From: an uncultured Clostridia bacterium
Lineage (GTDB): Bacteria; Bacillota; Clostridia; TANB77; CAG-508
Length of the DNA: 64,000 bases
NCBI GenBank assembly: GCA_944386175.1
Contig: CALXAB010000001.1
Coordinates: forward strand, 47,645-111,644
Direction of reading: 5' to 3'
Shown piece after piece: positions 55,326 through 64,000 of this stretch (positions within the stretch are counted from its first letter, which is position 1; every line of letters begins with the position of its first letter). Both the position numbers and the translations under genes were made by a program. Below the pieces are notes generated by a model that was not told the origin of the DNA, ran no database searches, and saw only the letters and a program-made list of their open reading frames with translations.

Positions 55326-55949
55326 CTATTTTTCAATTTCATTATCATATATACTTTTATATTCTTCAAACTTAGCCTTTGCTCTTGGTAGTCCTGCATC
55401 CACTGCCATCTTTAAATAATATTCTGATAATCTTAAATTTTTCTCTGTTCCAACTCCATTATAATAAAAATTTGCTCCTAAATCATAAATTGCTGGAAGA
55501 TGTCCTTGTATTGCACAGTCATGTATTAATTCAAATGCTTTCTTTTCATCTCTTTCAATATTTCCAAATCCAAAATAGTAATAAGCTCCTAAACAAAATT
55601 TTGAAAATGCTTGTCTTCTCGGTGTTTCTTGTTCTTCATTTATAAGACTTAATAGTGATTCATAAGCCTCAATATGTATCTGTTTTGCTTTTTCTTTATC
55701 TTGTTCCACTCCATCTCCAAAATGATAGCAAGCACCAACTCCATATGCACAACGAGGATCTCCTAAGTCTTTTCCTTTTTCATACCAGTACATTGCTTTT
55801 TCAAAACTTTGCTCTGCTCCATTTTCTTGACTATCATAACTTCTTCCTAGAATATAGCACGCAAGTCTATCTCCATTTTTAGCTTTCATTTCTAAATCTT
55901 CTATGTTAAATATCATTGGCTTTATTATATTATTCACTTTTAGCTTCAC
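55326..55949 (-). CDS. Sel1-repeat (TPR-like) protein
   Basis: Repeated Sel1 units: AxxWYxKGxDLGDPRCAYGVGACYHFGDGVEQDKEKA. Confidence 0.75.
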   Translation of the reverse strand: MKLKVNNIIKPMIFNIEDLEMKAKNGDRLACYILGRSYDSQENGAEQSFEKAMYWYEKGKDLGDPRCAYGVGACYHFGDGVEQDKEKAKQIHIEAYESLLSLINEEQETPRRQAFSKFCLGAYYYFGFGNIERDEKKAFELIHDCAIQGHLPAIYDLGANFYYNGVGTEKNLRLSEYYLKMAVDAGLPRAKAKFEEYKSIYDNEIEK

Positions 55950-56481
55950 CTAATTTCTTTAATAAAATATATCTTTTTATATTTTCATCTTTTTTATACC
56001 AAGTTTGTTCCTCATATCCTAAGTCTTTTAAATTTCTTAAACTATAAATATTTCCAAAAGTTACTTCTGCAATAATGTTACTTATTCCTTTTTCTTTAGC
56101 CCTTCCTTCAAGATATTTTACTAATGTTTTCTGTAATCCATATCCTCTATACTCTGGTAATACAATAACTCCATCTATATCAGCACAATTACCTTTGATA
56201 TTTGTAATCATTTGCTTTAATTCTTTCATTCTGCTTGAAACTGATAAAAAAATCCATGCAATCATTTTATTATCTATAAAAGCACCATATATCTCTCCAT
56301 CATTTATAGGGTTGTTTAATATCCTTAAATATGTTTCTTTTTTAAAAGGTAAAAAATAACCTTTTTCCTCCTCTTTAAAATTATCTATTACAATATTTTG
56401 AATATTATATATGTCATCAACGTCATTCGAATTGCATTTTCTAATTTTTAGTTTTTCCTTAGAAAATTGATTAATTTCCAT
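55930..56481 (-). CDS. GNAT family N-acetyltransferase
   Basis: VLPEYRGYGLQKTLVKYL (motif A). Confidence 0.7.
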   Translation of the reverse strand: MEINQFSKEKLKIRKCNSNDVDDIYNIQNIVIDNFKEEEKGYFLPFKKETYLRILNNPINDGEIYGAFIDNKMIAWIFLSVSSRMKELKQMITNIKGNCADIDGVIVLPEYRGYGLQKTLVKYLEGRAKEKGISNIIAEVTFGNIYSLRNLKDLGYEEQTWYKKDENIKRYILLKKLGEAKSE

Positions 56482-56498
56482 ATTTTAATTCACCTTCG

Positions 56499-57494
56499 TT
56501 ATTTTGTTTTTTCAAAAATATCACTCCAAAAGTCATTGTTGCTAAATTCTAATCCTTTTTCACTTTCATAATACCAAAATTTATCTTCTTCCGATATTTC
56601 TCCTTTACTCATCAAATGACTTAACTGTAAAATTCCCATTGCATTTGCAATATCAAATAATATTGGAAATACTTCTTTTTCATAGCTTGTCAATTTATTA
56701 TATTTCTCATACTCATTTAATATCATCCTTATCTTGTTTTTGGTATCTTCAGTATCATTTGGGTTTAAACATAAGTTACAACTACTTACAGCTAAATCAA
56801 TAATTCTAGGAAGATAATTTGACACTGCAAAATCTATTATCCATAATTTTCCATTATTATCTTTCATAACATTTGTACTTATTATATCTCCATGTGTAAA
56901 AGCATGTGGTAATTTTTGCATATCAATATTTTTAAATTTTACTATCAATTCATTTAACCTTGTGTAATCATTTTCACTTAAATGTTGTTTTTTATCCTCA
57001 AACTCTTGTGCAAAATTTATAATTGCCCATTTGTCATAAATAAACTCTGAATCTAATTTTTGGTTATGTATAATCGCCATTTGTCTTATAATTTCTTTTA
57101 TTTCTTCTTCACTTGGAATAATTCCTAAATCAAAAAAGCTATTACCATTTATGTACTGAAATACACATAATCTATATTTGATATTTTCTATTTCAATTAC
57201 ACATTCACTTTCATTATTTACTTTATACAGTTTTGGTGTATTTATTTCTGTTTTTTCTGCTAATTCAATTCTCTCAATATAGTTTTTACAATCTGTATCT
57301 GTTCTTTCTTTATGAAATATTTTTACACAATATTTTCCTGTTGTTGTCTTTAATATATAATTGAAATCTTCATACCCAACTGTAATAATCGTATCTGATA
57401 CATATTCTCCTAAATTATACATATTACATATATGTTTTGAAACTGTACTTAAATCAGTGTTTAGATTAATCCTATCTTTAAATTCTTCTTCCAC
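56499..57494 (-). CDS. APH/choline-kinase-family phosphotransferase
   Basis: Catalytic loop HGDIISTNVM and WIIDFAVS (DFxxS). Confidence 0.7.
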   Translation of the reverse strand: MEEEFKDRINLNTDLSTVSKHICNMYNLGEYVSDTIITVGYEDFNYILKTTTGKYCVKIFHKERTDTDCKNYIERIELAEKTEINTPKLYKVNNESECVIEIENIKYRLCVFQYINGNSFFDLGIIPSEEEIKEIIRQMAIIHNQKLDSEFIYDKWAIINFAQEFEDKKQHLSENDYTRLNELIVKFKNIDMQKLPHAFTHGDIISTNVMKDNNGKLWIIDFAVSNYLPRIIDLAVSSCNLCLNPNDTEDTKNKIRMILNEYEKYNKLTSYEKEVFPILFDIANAMGILQLSHLMSKGEISEEDKFWYYESEKGLEFSNNDFWSDIFEKTK

Positions 57495-57500
57495 TAATAT

Positions 57501-57833
57501 TTATACCTCCATGTACCATTGTTTAAGAAATATACATTTATTGCTCTTATTTAATTTTATTTGATATATCATGTCATATAATATTGTATCTTTCAAAATA
57601 AAATTAACTATACAACATTCATCATTTTCACATAGTATATTGAACTCAATATCATTTGTGTTTTGCCCTTTTATTTCTTCCCATATTTCTCTAATTTTTT
57701 TCATGTTATTTATTTTTTCTATAGGCGACTCATAATACTCCACTTTTTCATCAAATAAGTTAATTATCTTGTCTATATCTTTCTGTTTCCAATTATTTAG
57801 TAATTCATCACACCATTTATAATAATCTCTCAT
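57501..57833 (-). CDS. hypothetical protein (110 aa)
   Basis: ORF only. Its start lies 7 nt from the stop of the kinase gene. Confidence 0.4.
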   Translation of the reverse strand: MRDYYKWCDELLNNWKQKDIDKIINLFDEKVEYYESPIEKINNMKKIREIWEEIKGQNTNDIEFNILCENDECCIVNFILKDTILYDMIYQIKLNKSNKCIFLKQWYMEV

Positions 57834-57929
57834 ATTCTATTCTCCTAATCTTTACTGTATATAATATATCATAAATTCCTTAATTTTACAATGAAATCGC
57901 CAATATTTTAATATTACATATATCTTTAC

Positions 57930-58364
57930 ATTTGCTTAACTACCCCAAAATCTCCAATAGAAATAATGTCAAGAGCGAGTGATAACAAGTTCATTTACTC
58001 TTGACATTATTTGTATTGGAGATTAAAATTGCTTTGCAAATGTATAGCACAAATTTTTCGCTTTTTTCGTGATATAAAATTCCATCGGACGAAAATTTCA
58101 ATTTTTTCGTCCGATAAATTTTTATAAGCCGAATTTCATTAAATTTTCGTCCTATAAAAAATAAGCATCAGCAGATATCTACCAACACTTAAATTTATAA
58201 AGATTCTCTATAACTTATTTCATAAATTCTTTCTAACTATTAAAATAACTAATAAATTCACATATCTACTAACCACCTCAACCTATATATGTTTTTCTTG
58301 CCATAGATACAATCTCAAATTTCCTAGTATTTCAAACACTTTCATCAATTTTCTAAAATTTAAT
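57930..58364 (-). repeat. copy d of the non-coding segment found downstream of LSR B (40480-40821), with hairpin H at 57952-58021 and a ~120-bp insertion
   Basis: Collinear with 40480-40821. The insertion at ~58040-58165 carries TTTTCGTSNKATAAA motifs, including the perfect IR ATCGGACGAAAA / TTTTCGTCCGAT (58084-58115). Confidence 0.8.
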
Positions 58365-58545
58365 TTATGTGTTTCCATTTACCATATCTGCAACTACTTT
58401 AACTTTCACATCTGAATTTTGATGTTTTTCTCTTCCAAATCTACCTTTTTTATTAAAAGTTATAATCTCTGAAAACATATCAAAATCAAGTATTACCTGC
58501 CTTTCTTTAGTTGTAGCACTGCTACACACTCCACATGTGTGGTCG
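58365..58545 (-). pseudogene. orphan 3' end of an LSR gene (CxxC tail only)
   Basis: HTCGVCSSATTKERQVILDFDMFSEIITFNKKGRFGREKHQNSDVKVKVVADMVNGNT with no start codon. Similarity to LSR B stops at ~58545, next to CACATGTG (58532-58539). Confidence 0.75.
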
Positions 58546-58597
58546 CTTATAAATTCAATTACAAAATTTTTTTTTGAATATTAAAAATTTTTTATGT

Positions 58598-60187
58598 TTA
58601 TGCTCTTAACTTAAATGTTTTTGGTGCATATTTATATGCCACAAACAATGAAATCAAAGAATAAAGTATGCAAAAAACAATTGTTGCTATTCCAAAAGAA
58701 AATGTAGGTAGTTGTATTTGTATCATATACCAACATACAAAATAAGTTATTCCTTGTACCACTGTATATGTACTACTTTTCATTTCTGTGCTAACATTAT
58801 AAGGTTGAAGTAAATAGTACATTACTAAATAGTGGACTGAAAAAAATACACTCATTGCTATTATAGATATTATCAAAATAGCATAATTTAATGAATTATT
58901 TGTTCCACCAGATAAGTATAGTAATAAAGCTAATCCTAATCCTATTAGTGTTGCTGGTAATAGATTTATTACTATTAAAGTTTTTAATCTTTCTTTAAAT
59001 ATTCCAAGTATAACTTTTGGTGTTCTATATATTCTATATGTAAGCATACTGTAGTCGCAATTCATGAACATTGCTTGGGTAACAGATGAACTCCTATTTA
59101 TACAATACATGATAAACACAAAATATGGCAAATATACCATTAATATTTTATTTATTCTATCCTTAAGTCCGTTATTTATCAAAATCCCAATAATTAGTGC
59201 AATAAAAATAAATAATATAACAATCGATTGTTTTTTTACTGCTTTTGTTAAAATCTTGCTATGTCTTTTTACAAATAAATCATGAAAATATGCAAATCCA
59301 GATTTATTACTTGTATAGTTTTCATTCAATTCTATTTGTTTTAGACTTACATTTTTTATAGCTTGTGTTCCAGTATTTTTCTCTTGCATATATACATTGT
59401 TTTCTGTCAATATTTGTTTATACATCTTTTTATAATCTTTAAAATTATGTATTTTTATTAAACTGTAAATTCCTATTATTATTGAAATAATAAATATAAC
59501 TAAGAAAATATTCTTGTTTAATACTATATTTATAGCTGGTAATCCATAAGCTAATAATAGACACACTCCTACAAATCCCCAGACAAATTTTGTTGGTAAG
59601 TTTTCATTTGATGCCTTGTTTGTCTTCTTAAAGTAATATATGCTGTAATTCATTACAATTAGCTTTATTGCTACCACAAAAAATGGTAATACTATTTGAA
59701 TCCACAAGGGTACTTCTGTTATCATTCCAAATAAAATTGTAAATGGTAAAAAGCCAATAATCAGTTTTAATAATTGATAATAGTAATTAGATAAGCCATA
59801 TTCTCTTGCATTTATATTCATTAAAACTATTGCATAATATTTGTCTTTTGTTGGATTTAACATATATGTGTTTAAAACTCCTCCACATAGTGTTAAAAAG
59901 GTAAATAAATGTATAAACATATCTGATTGATTTGTTTTATACCATGATAATGCCATAAATATCATGGCTACAATATATATGATTTTTCCAATAAATATAC
60001 TTAATATTTCATATAATATACTTATAATATTTGCAAATATTTTTAATCCTTTATTTTTATATAAACTATTTGGCAATATTTTTTTAATAATTGGGAGTTG
60101 TTTTATAGAATAAATAATACTATTTATTCTATATGTATTTTTTAATTTAAAGGATGTTATAAATGTTTCTATCATATTAAATTTCAT
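58598..60187 (-). CDS. polytopic membrane protein, probable permease partner of the upstream ABC ATPase
   Basis: 529 aa with at least 10 hydrophobic segments, directly downstream of the ATPase gene. Confidence 0.5.
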   Translation of the reverse strand: MKFNMIETFITSFKLKNTYRINSIIYSIKQLPIIKKILPNSLYKNKGLKIFANIISILYEILSIFIGKIIYIVAMIFMALSWYKTNQSDMFIHLFTFLTLCGGVLNTYMLNPTKDKYYAIVLMNINAREYGLSNYYYQLLKLIIGFLPFTILFGMITEVPLWIQIVLPFFVVAIKLIVMNYSIYYFKKTNKASNENLPTKFVWGFVGVCLLLAYGLPAINIVLNKNIFLVIFIISIIIGIYSLIKIHNFKDYKKMYKQILTENNVYMQEKNTGTQAIKNVSLKQIELNENYTSNKSGFAYFHDLFVKRHSKILTKAVKKQSIVILFIFIALIIGILINNGLKDRINKILMVYLPYFVFIMYCINRSSSVTQAMFMNCDYSMLTYRIYRTPKVILGIFKERLKTLIVINLLPATLIGLGLALLLYLSGGTNNSLNYAILIISIIAMSVFFSVHYLVMYYLLQPYNVSTEMKSSTYTVVQGITYFVCWYMIQIQLPTFSFGIATIVFCILYSLISLFVAYKYAPKTFKLRA

Positions 60188-60296
60188 TCCTTTCTCGCTT
60201 TACTATAAAGGCACAAATAGTTATGAAAGTAATTTTATTTCAAACTAATCTTATCCCTTTCTAGTAAAAATTTAATTAGAAATTAATCTTATAACT

Positions 60297-60995
60297 TTAC
60301 TCTTCTTTTAATGCTTCTATTATTTTATTTTTCAAATGTTGATTATCTAAATTATTTTTATCTATTTCTTCTAACATGCCTTTATTTAAAATAACAATTT
60401 CATCACATAAATCTAGTGCTAATTCCATGATATGTGTAGAAAATATAATAATATGGTCTTTTTTTATTTCTCTTAGCATTTGTTTCATTTCTTCTGCAAC
60501 AACTACATCAAATGATGTTAAAGGTTCATCTAATAACAATACATTTGGACTTGCTATTATATTAACAAGCATTTGCATTTTATTTTTCATACCATGCGAA
60601 TAATCTTTTAATAATTTATCCCTATCTTCTTGCTCTATCTTCATAAAGCCAAAATATTCATCTATTGTTTTCTCATTTTTTATTCTATTTTTATTGATAT
60701 CTATGAAAAATTTTAAAAATTCTCTTGCTGTTAAAAATTCTGGAACATTTGGAGTAGATAATACATATCCTATGTCTTCTGCTTCCATTTTTCTTTTATT
60801 ATTATTGTCTTCTATATAAAATTCTCCTGCATCTATTTCTATATCTTCATTTAAACAATTAAAAAATGTTGTTTTTCCTGCTCCATTTCTACCAAGTAAA
60901 CCATAAATTTTACCTTTTTCAAATTCAAAATTTATGTCTTTTAAGACTTCTTTTTTTTCAAAACTTTTTTTTAGATTTTTAACGACTAATTTCAT
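60297..60995 (-). CDS. ABC transporter ATP-binding protein
   Basis: Walker A GLLGRNGAGKTT, Walker B LLLDEP. Confidence 0.85.
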   Translation of the reverse strand: MKLVVKNLKKSFEKKEVLKDINFEFEKGKIYGLLGRNGAGKTTFFNCLNEDIEIDAGEFYIEDNNNKRKMEAEDIGYVLSTPNVPEFLTAREFLKFFIDINKNRIKNEKTIDEYFGFMKIEQEDRDKLLKDYSHGMKNKMQMLVNIIASPNVLLLDEPLTSFDVVVAEEMKQMLREIKKDHIIIFSTHIMELALDLCDEIVILNKGMLEEIDKNNLDNQHLKNKIIEALKEE

Positions 60996-61097
60996 ACACT
61001 TCTCCTTTAATTCTATCTTTAATTATTTCGTCAATAGAATACCATATATATATAAATTAGTCTAGTATCTTTTATTATAATTTTTTCATTTTTCAAC

Positions 61098-63194
61098 TTA
61101 TTCCTCCTCTTTAATAATATTTTTACTTCCAAAATATGTTGCTAAAAAATATATTCCATAAATTACTCCTATAATAATTGCTGTTGCTATAGTAGAAGGC
61201 AACAATTCGTCTGGTGAAGCAAGTACAGCAAGCATTGATAATATAAATTTAATTCCAAATATTGAATGTACTATTGCTAAAACAAGTGGCAACATAAAGA
61301 AAATAAATATCTGCCTAAATAATGCTTTATTTATCATTTTTTCATCACAACCTATTTTTCTTAAAATTGTATATCTTTGTTTGTTATCAGAACTTTCAGT
61401 TAATTGTTTTAAAGCTAAAATTGCTGAACTTGCAATTAGAAATACAATTCCTAAATAAATTGCTATAAATATGATAATTGTTGCTAATCCTTTACTTGCT
61501 TCTTTTAAACTAATTTTAGATGTTCCATCAAGGTTAATTCCTTTTTCTTTTATATTATTAATAAATTCTGTGTCTCCATTTCCTATTAATGTATTTTCTA
61601 TTTCTTGTTTACCCGCTTCTGTATCTGCATTATAGTTTGCTACTAAAAGGTATTGTTCTGTATATTGATTTTGTACCTCAAAACTATCTGGTACTAATAT
61701 AATTCCTGCATTCATATTACTTGAAGACATAAATATAAATCCATATTTACATTCATTATATTTTGAATGATATCTTTTGCCATTTATTTCTATATCTGAG
61801 TTATTTTTTAATGCTTGATTTCTTAAATTGGTCATTTGGTCAAAATCGCAAAGTACCATATATTCATCATCATTTAAACTATATTGTTCTTCTCCATATA
61901 ATGTAGCTATTTTGTTATAATCAGAAAGTTTTATAACTGATTCTGGTGTATCATAAGTTAGCATTGAAAATTGATTTTTAGCTGTTTCGTAATAATCTCC
62001 CAAACTAGTTTTTAAAGTCCATTCTGGTATTGCATAAATTGGAACTTCTACAACATCTTTTAATGTATTCATATCATAGCCATTTGTTTCTAAAGTATAG
62101 CTTACAGGATGTTTTGAATCTTCTATTTGTGTTTGCGTATTATATATTGTTTTTCCACTATATGAACTCACATAACTTTCTGGAAGATATGCTGTTTTAT
62201 ATAAATTTACATCTACTGGTGTAAGTTCTTCTAGTTGTGAATCTAATGCCGATTTTATAGATAGACTTCCAGATAATACACTTATTGTCATAAATAACAT
62301 TAAACAAATGATACTCATACTGATTATATTTGTATTAACTTTATTATTTAATTGCCTTAATACAAACATATTTGTTCCTTTTAAATATACTTTTTTACTT
62401 GATTGTATCATTCGTAATATAAACCCTGATAATGACCAAAATATGCCGATTGTCCCTATAATGCCCATTAGTATAGGTTTTAATAATTTATCTGCTGTAT
62501 TTAATTCATATACTCCGCCTGTTACTCTCCAATACGCATATCCTAGTATTCCAGCTGATATTAGAAATACAAGTATTGAAATAATTGGATTTTTCATTTT
62601 TACTTTTTCATTTTTTCTTATAGCAGTTAATAAATTAATTAATTTATATCTTGAAATTGTTAGTGTGTTAAAAATAATAACTGCTAAATACATAACTGCA
62701 AAATAAATACATGTTTTTATGCAAGCATCTTTTGAAAATACAAAAGTAAATTCGCTCATATCTGCTTCAAATAGTTTTGCAACTAAAATAGACATAAATT
62801 GTGAAGCAAATACACCTATAAATATACCAACTGCTAATGATAAAATTCCAATTAATATAGTTTCTAAAAGGATAATTCCTGATATTTGCCTTCTTCCCAT
62901 ACCAAGTGTCATATATATTCCAAATTCTCTTTTTCTTCTATTTACTAAAAAGTTATTGGCATATACAATTAAAAATCCTAATACGATTGCTACAAAAACT
63001 GACATCATTCCAAGTAAATCAACTAATAGAGTTATCATTTCTCTTGTTGAAGTAGATACTTTTATCATTGCTTGTTGACTATCTAATGAGTTAAACATAT
63101 AGAAAATTGCTACTCCTAATACTAATGTTAAAAAATATATTGCATAATCTTTAAAACTTTTTTTCATATTTCTTATAGATAATTTAAATAACAT
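61098..63194 (-). CDS. FtsX-domain permease of the BceB type (10 TM with a large extracellular loop)
   Basis: 698 aa. Two FtsX-like 4-TM bundles separated by a ~230-aa soluble domain. Overlaps the ATPase gene. Confidence 0.75.
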   Translation of the reverse strand: MLFKLSIRNMKKSFKDYAIYFLTLVLGVAIFYMFNSLDSQQAMIKVSTSTREMITLLVDLLGMMSVFVAIVLGFLIVYANNFLVNRRKREFGIYMTLGMGRRQISGIILLETILIGILSLAVGIFIGVFASQFMSILVAKLFEADMSEFTFVFSKDACIKTCIYFAVMYLAVIIFNTLTISRYKLINLLTAIRKNEKVKMKNPIISILVFLISAGILGYAYWRVTGGVYELNTADKLLKPILMGIIGTIGIFWSLSGFILRMIQSSKKVYLKGTNMFVLRQLNNKVNTNIISMSIICLMLFMTISVLSGSLSIKSALDSQLEELTPVDVNLYKTAYLPESYVSSYSGKTIYNTQTQIEDSKHPVSYTLETNGYDMNTLKDVVEVPIYAIPEWTLKTSLGDYYETAKNQFSMLTYDTPESVIKLSDYNKIATLYGEEQYSLNDDEYMVLCDFDQMTNLRNQALKNNSDIEINGKRYHSKYNECKYGFIFMSSSNMNAGIILVPDSFEVQNQYTEQYLLVANYNADTEAGKQEIENTLIGNGDTEFINNIKEKGINLDGTSKISLKEASKGLATIIIFIAIYLGIVFLIASSAILALKQLTESSDNKQRYTILRKIGCDEKMINKALFRQIFIFFMLPLVLAIVHSIFGIKFILSMLAVLASPDELLPSTIATAIIIGVIYGIYFLATYFGSKNIIKEEE

Positions 63195-63951
63195 CGTTCA
63201 AATCACCTCCAAGAAGTGTTTGCACCTCAATTATTTTTTCAAAGAATTGTTTTCTTGTGTCTTCACCTTTAATTAATTCATTAAATATCTTTCCATCTTT
63301 TATAAAGATAATTCTTTCTGCATAACTTGCTGTGAAAGCGTCATGTGTAACCATTAAAATGGTTGCTCCTAAATTTTTATTTAAATGTTCAAACGTTTCT
63401 AGTAATTGTCTTGCTGATTTTGAGTCTAATGCTCCTGTTGGTTCATCCGCTAGAACTATTTTAGGGTTTGTTATAATTGCTCTGCTACTAGCCACTCTTT
63501 GTTTTTGTCCTCCTGATATCTGATATGGATATTTATTTAAAATATCTGATATATCAAGTTTTTTTGCTACTTCTTTTACTTTTTTATCTATTTCATGAGA
63601 ATTTACCTTTTGAATTGTTAATGCTAGTGCAATATTTTCATAAGCAGTTAAAGTATCTAGTAAATTAAAATCTTGAAATATAAAGCCTAATTCTTCTCTT
63701 CTAAACTTATTTAGCTTATTTCCTTTTAATCTTGTAATGTCTTGGTTATTAATTATAATTTTTCCGGCTGTTACTCTATCAATTGTTGATATACAATTTA
63801 ATAATGTTGTTTTACCAGATCCGGATGCCCCCATTATACCAACAAATTCTCCTTCTCCTACATTAAAACTAATTCCATCTATTGCTTTTGTTAAATTTGA
63901 TTTGTTACCATAGTATTTTTCTATGTTTTTTACCTCTAATACATTACTCAT
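63184..63951 (-). CDS. ABC ATP-binding protein of the BceA/MacB type
   Basis: GIMGASGSGKTTLLN, ISGGQKQRVA and VLADEPTGALD. Confidence 0.85.
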   Translation of the reverse strand: MSNVLEVKNIEKYYGNKSNLTKAIDGISFNVGEGEFVGIMGASGSGKTTLLNCISTIDRVTAGKIIINNQDITRLKGNKLNKFRREELGFIFQDFNLLDTLTAYENIALALTIQKVNSHEIDKKVKEVAKKLDISDILNKYPYQISGGQKQRVASSRAIITNPKIVLADEPTGALDSKSARQLLETFEHLNKNLGATILMVTHDAFTASYAERIIFIKDGKIFNELIKGEDTRKQFFEKIIEVQTLLGGDLNDVI

Positions 63952-64000
63952 TATAAAATTTTCCTCCTTTTTCTTAGTTAAAATTGTAATTGTTTTTCGA

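Larger units (their letters stand above)
35982..58545 (-). mobile_element. head-to-tail array of four related LSR units: A' (35982-36890, remnant), B (~36891-43640), C (~43641-51355), D' (~51356-58545, recombinase deleted)
   Basis: The order R module - promoter - smORF - LSR - cargo recurs. There are two intact LSR genes, one 5' stub and one 3' stub. Unit borders are inferred from where the copies stop being similar. Confidence 0.7.

Overview
Very AT-rich chromosome segment from an endospore-forming Firmicute (Clostridia-like; the species cannot be identified from sequence alone). Almost all genes are on the minus strand. (1) 1-12.2 kb is a conserved sporulation/core block: dpaB, a GH25-LysM muramidase, spoVB, a complete spoIIIAA-AH operon, a 604-aa anchored protein and yebC. 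(2) 12.3-26.5 kb is an accessory block that is visibly decaying. It holds an AbiEi/AbiEii pair with a nonsense-interrupted toxin, an ECF sigma/anti-sigma pair, a broken Fic gene next to an intact VbhA-like gene, a tandem PD-(D/E)xK-like protein, def and phosphoesterase remnants, a second AbiE pair plus a membrane MBL hydrolase, an orphan response regulator and two XRE regulators. (3) 26.5-35.4 kb is an unusual histidine-related cluster. hisZ-hisG sit behind a His-His-His leader-peptide attenuator, followed by a DapF-fold racemase::GNAT fusion, hisIE, two divergent full-length HisRS genes, a VanX-like dipeptidase and an FGE-like protein. hisA/F/H/B/C/D are not in this window. (4) 35.4-58.6 kb is a head-to-tail array of four related large-serine-recombinase (LSR) units, two intact and two remnants. 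Each intact unit opens with a ~0.45 kb non-coding module (R) carrying six phased copies of a 17-bp dyad AGTWCAC-N3-GTGWACT, a conserved inverted-repeat core, a co-varying hairpin, a consensus promoter, a leader hairpin and a 58-61 aa ORF. Cargo includes ABC exporters, a ParB-like/AlbA_2-ATPase/HIT/HD set, a third AbiE pair with a 617-aa membrane protein, GNATs and a kinase. A fifth, partial copy of R lies at 20.1 kb. This LSR plus phased-dyad module is my best candidate for an undescribed system. (5) 58.6-64 kb holds two ABC transporter loci, one of them BceAB-like. I saw no rRNA, tRNA or CRISPR array.
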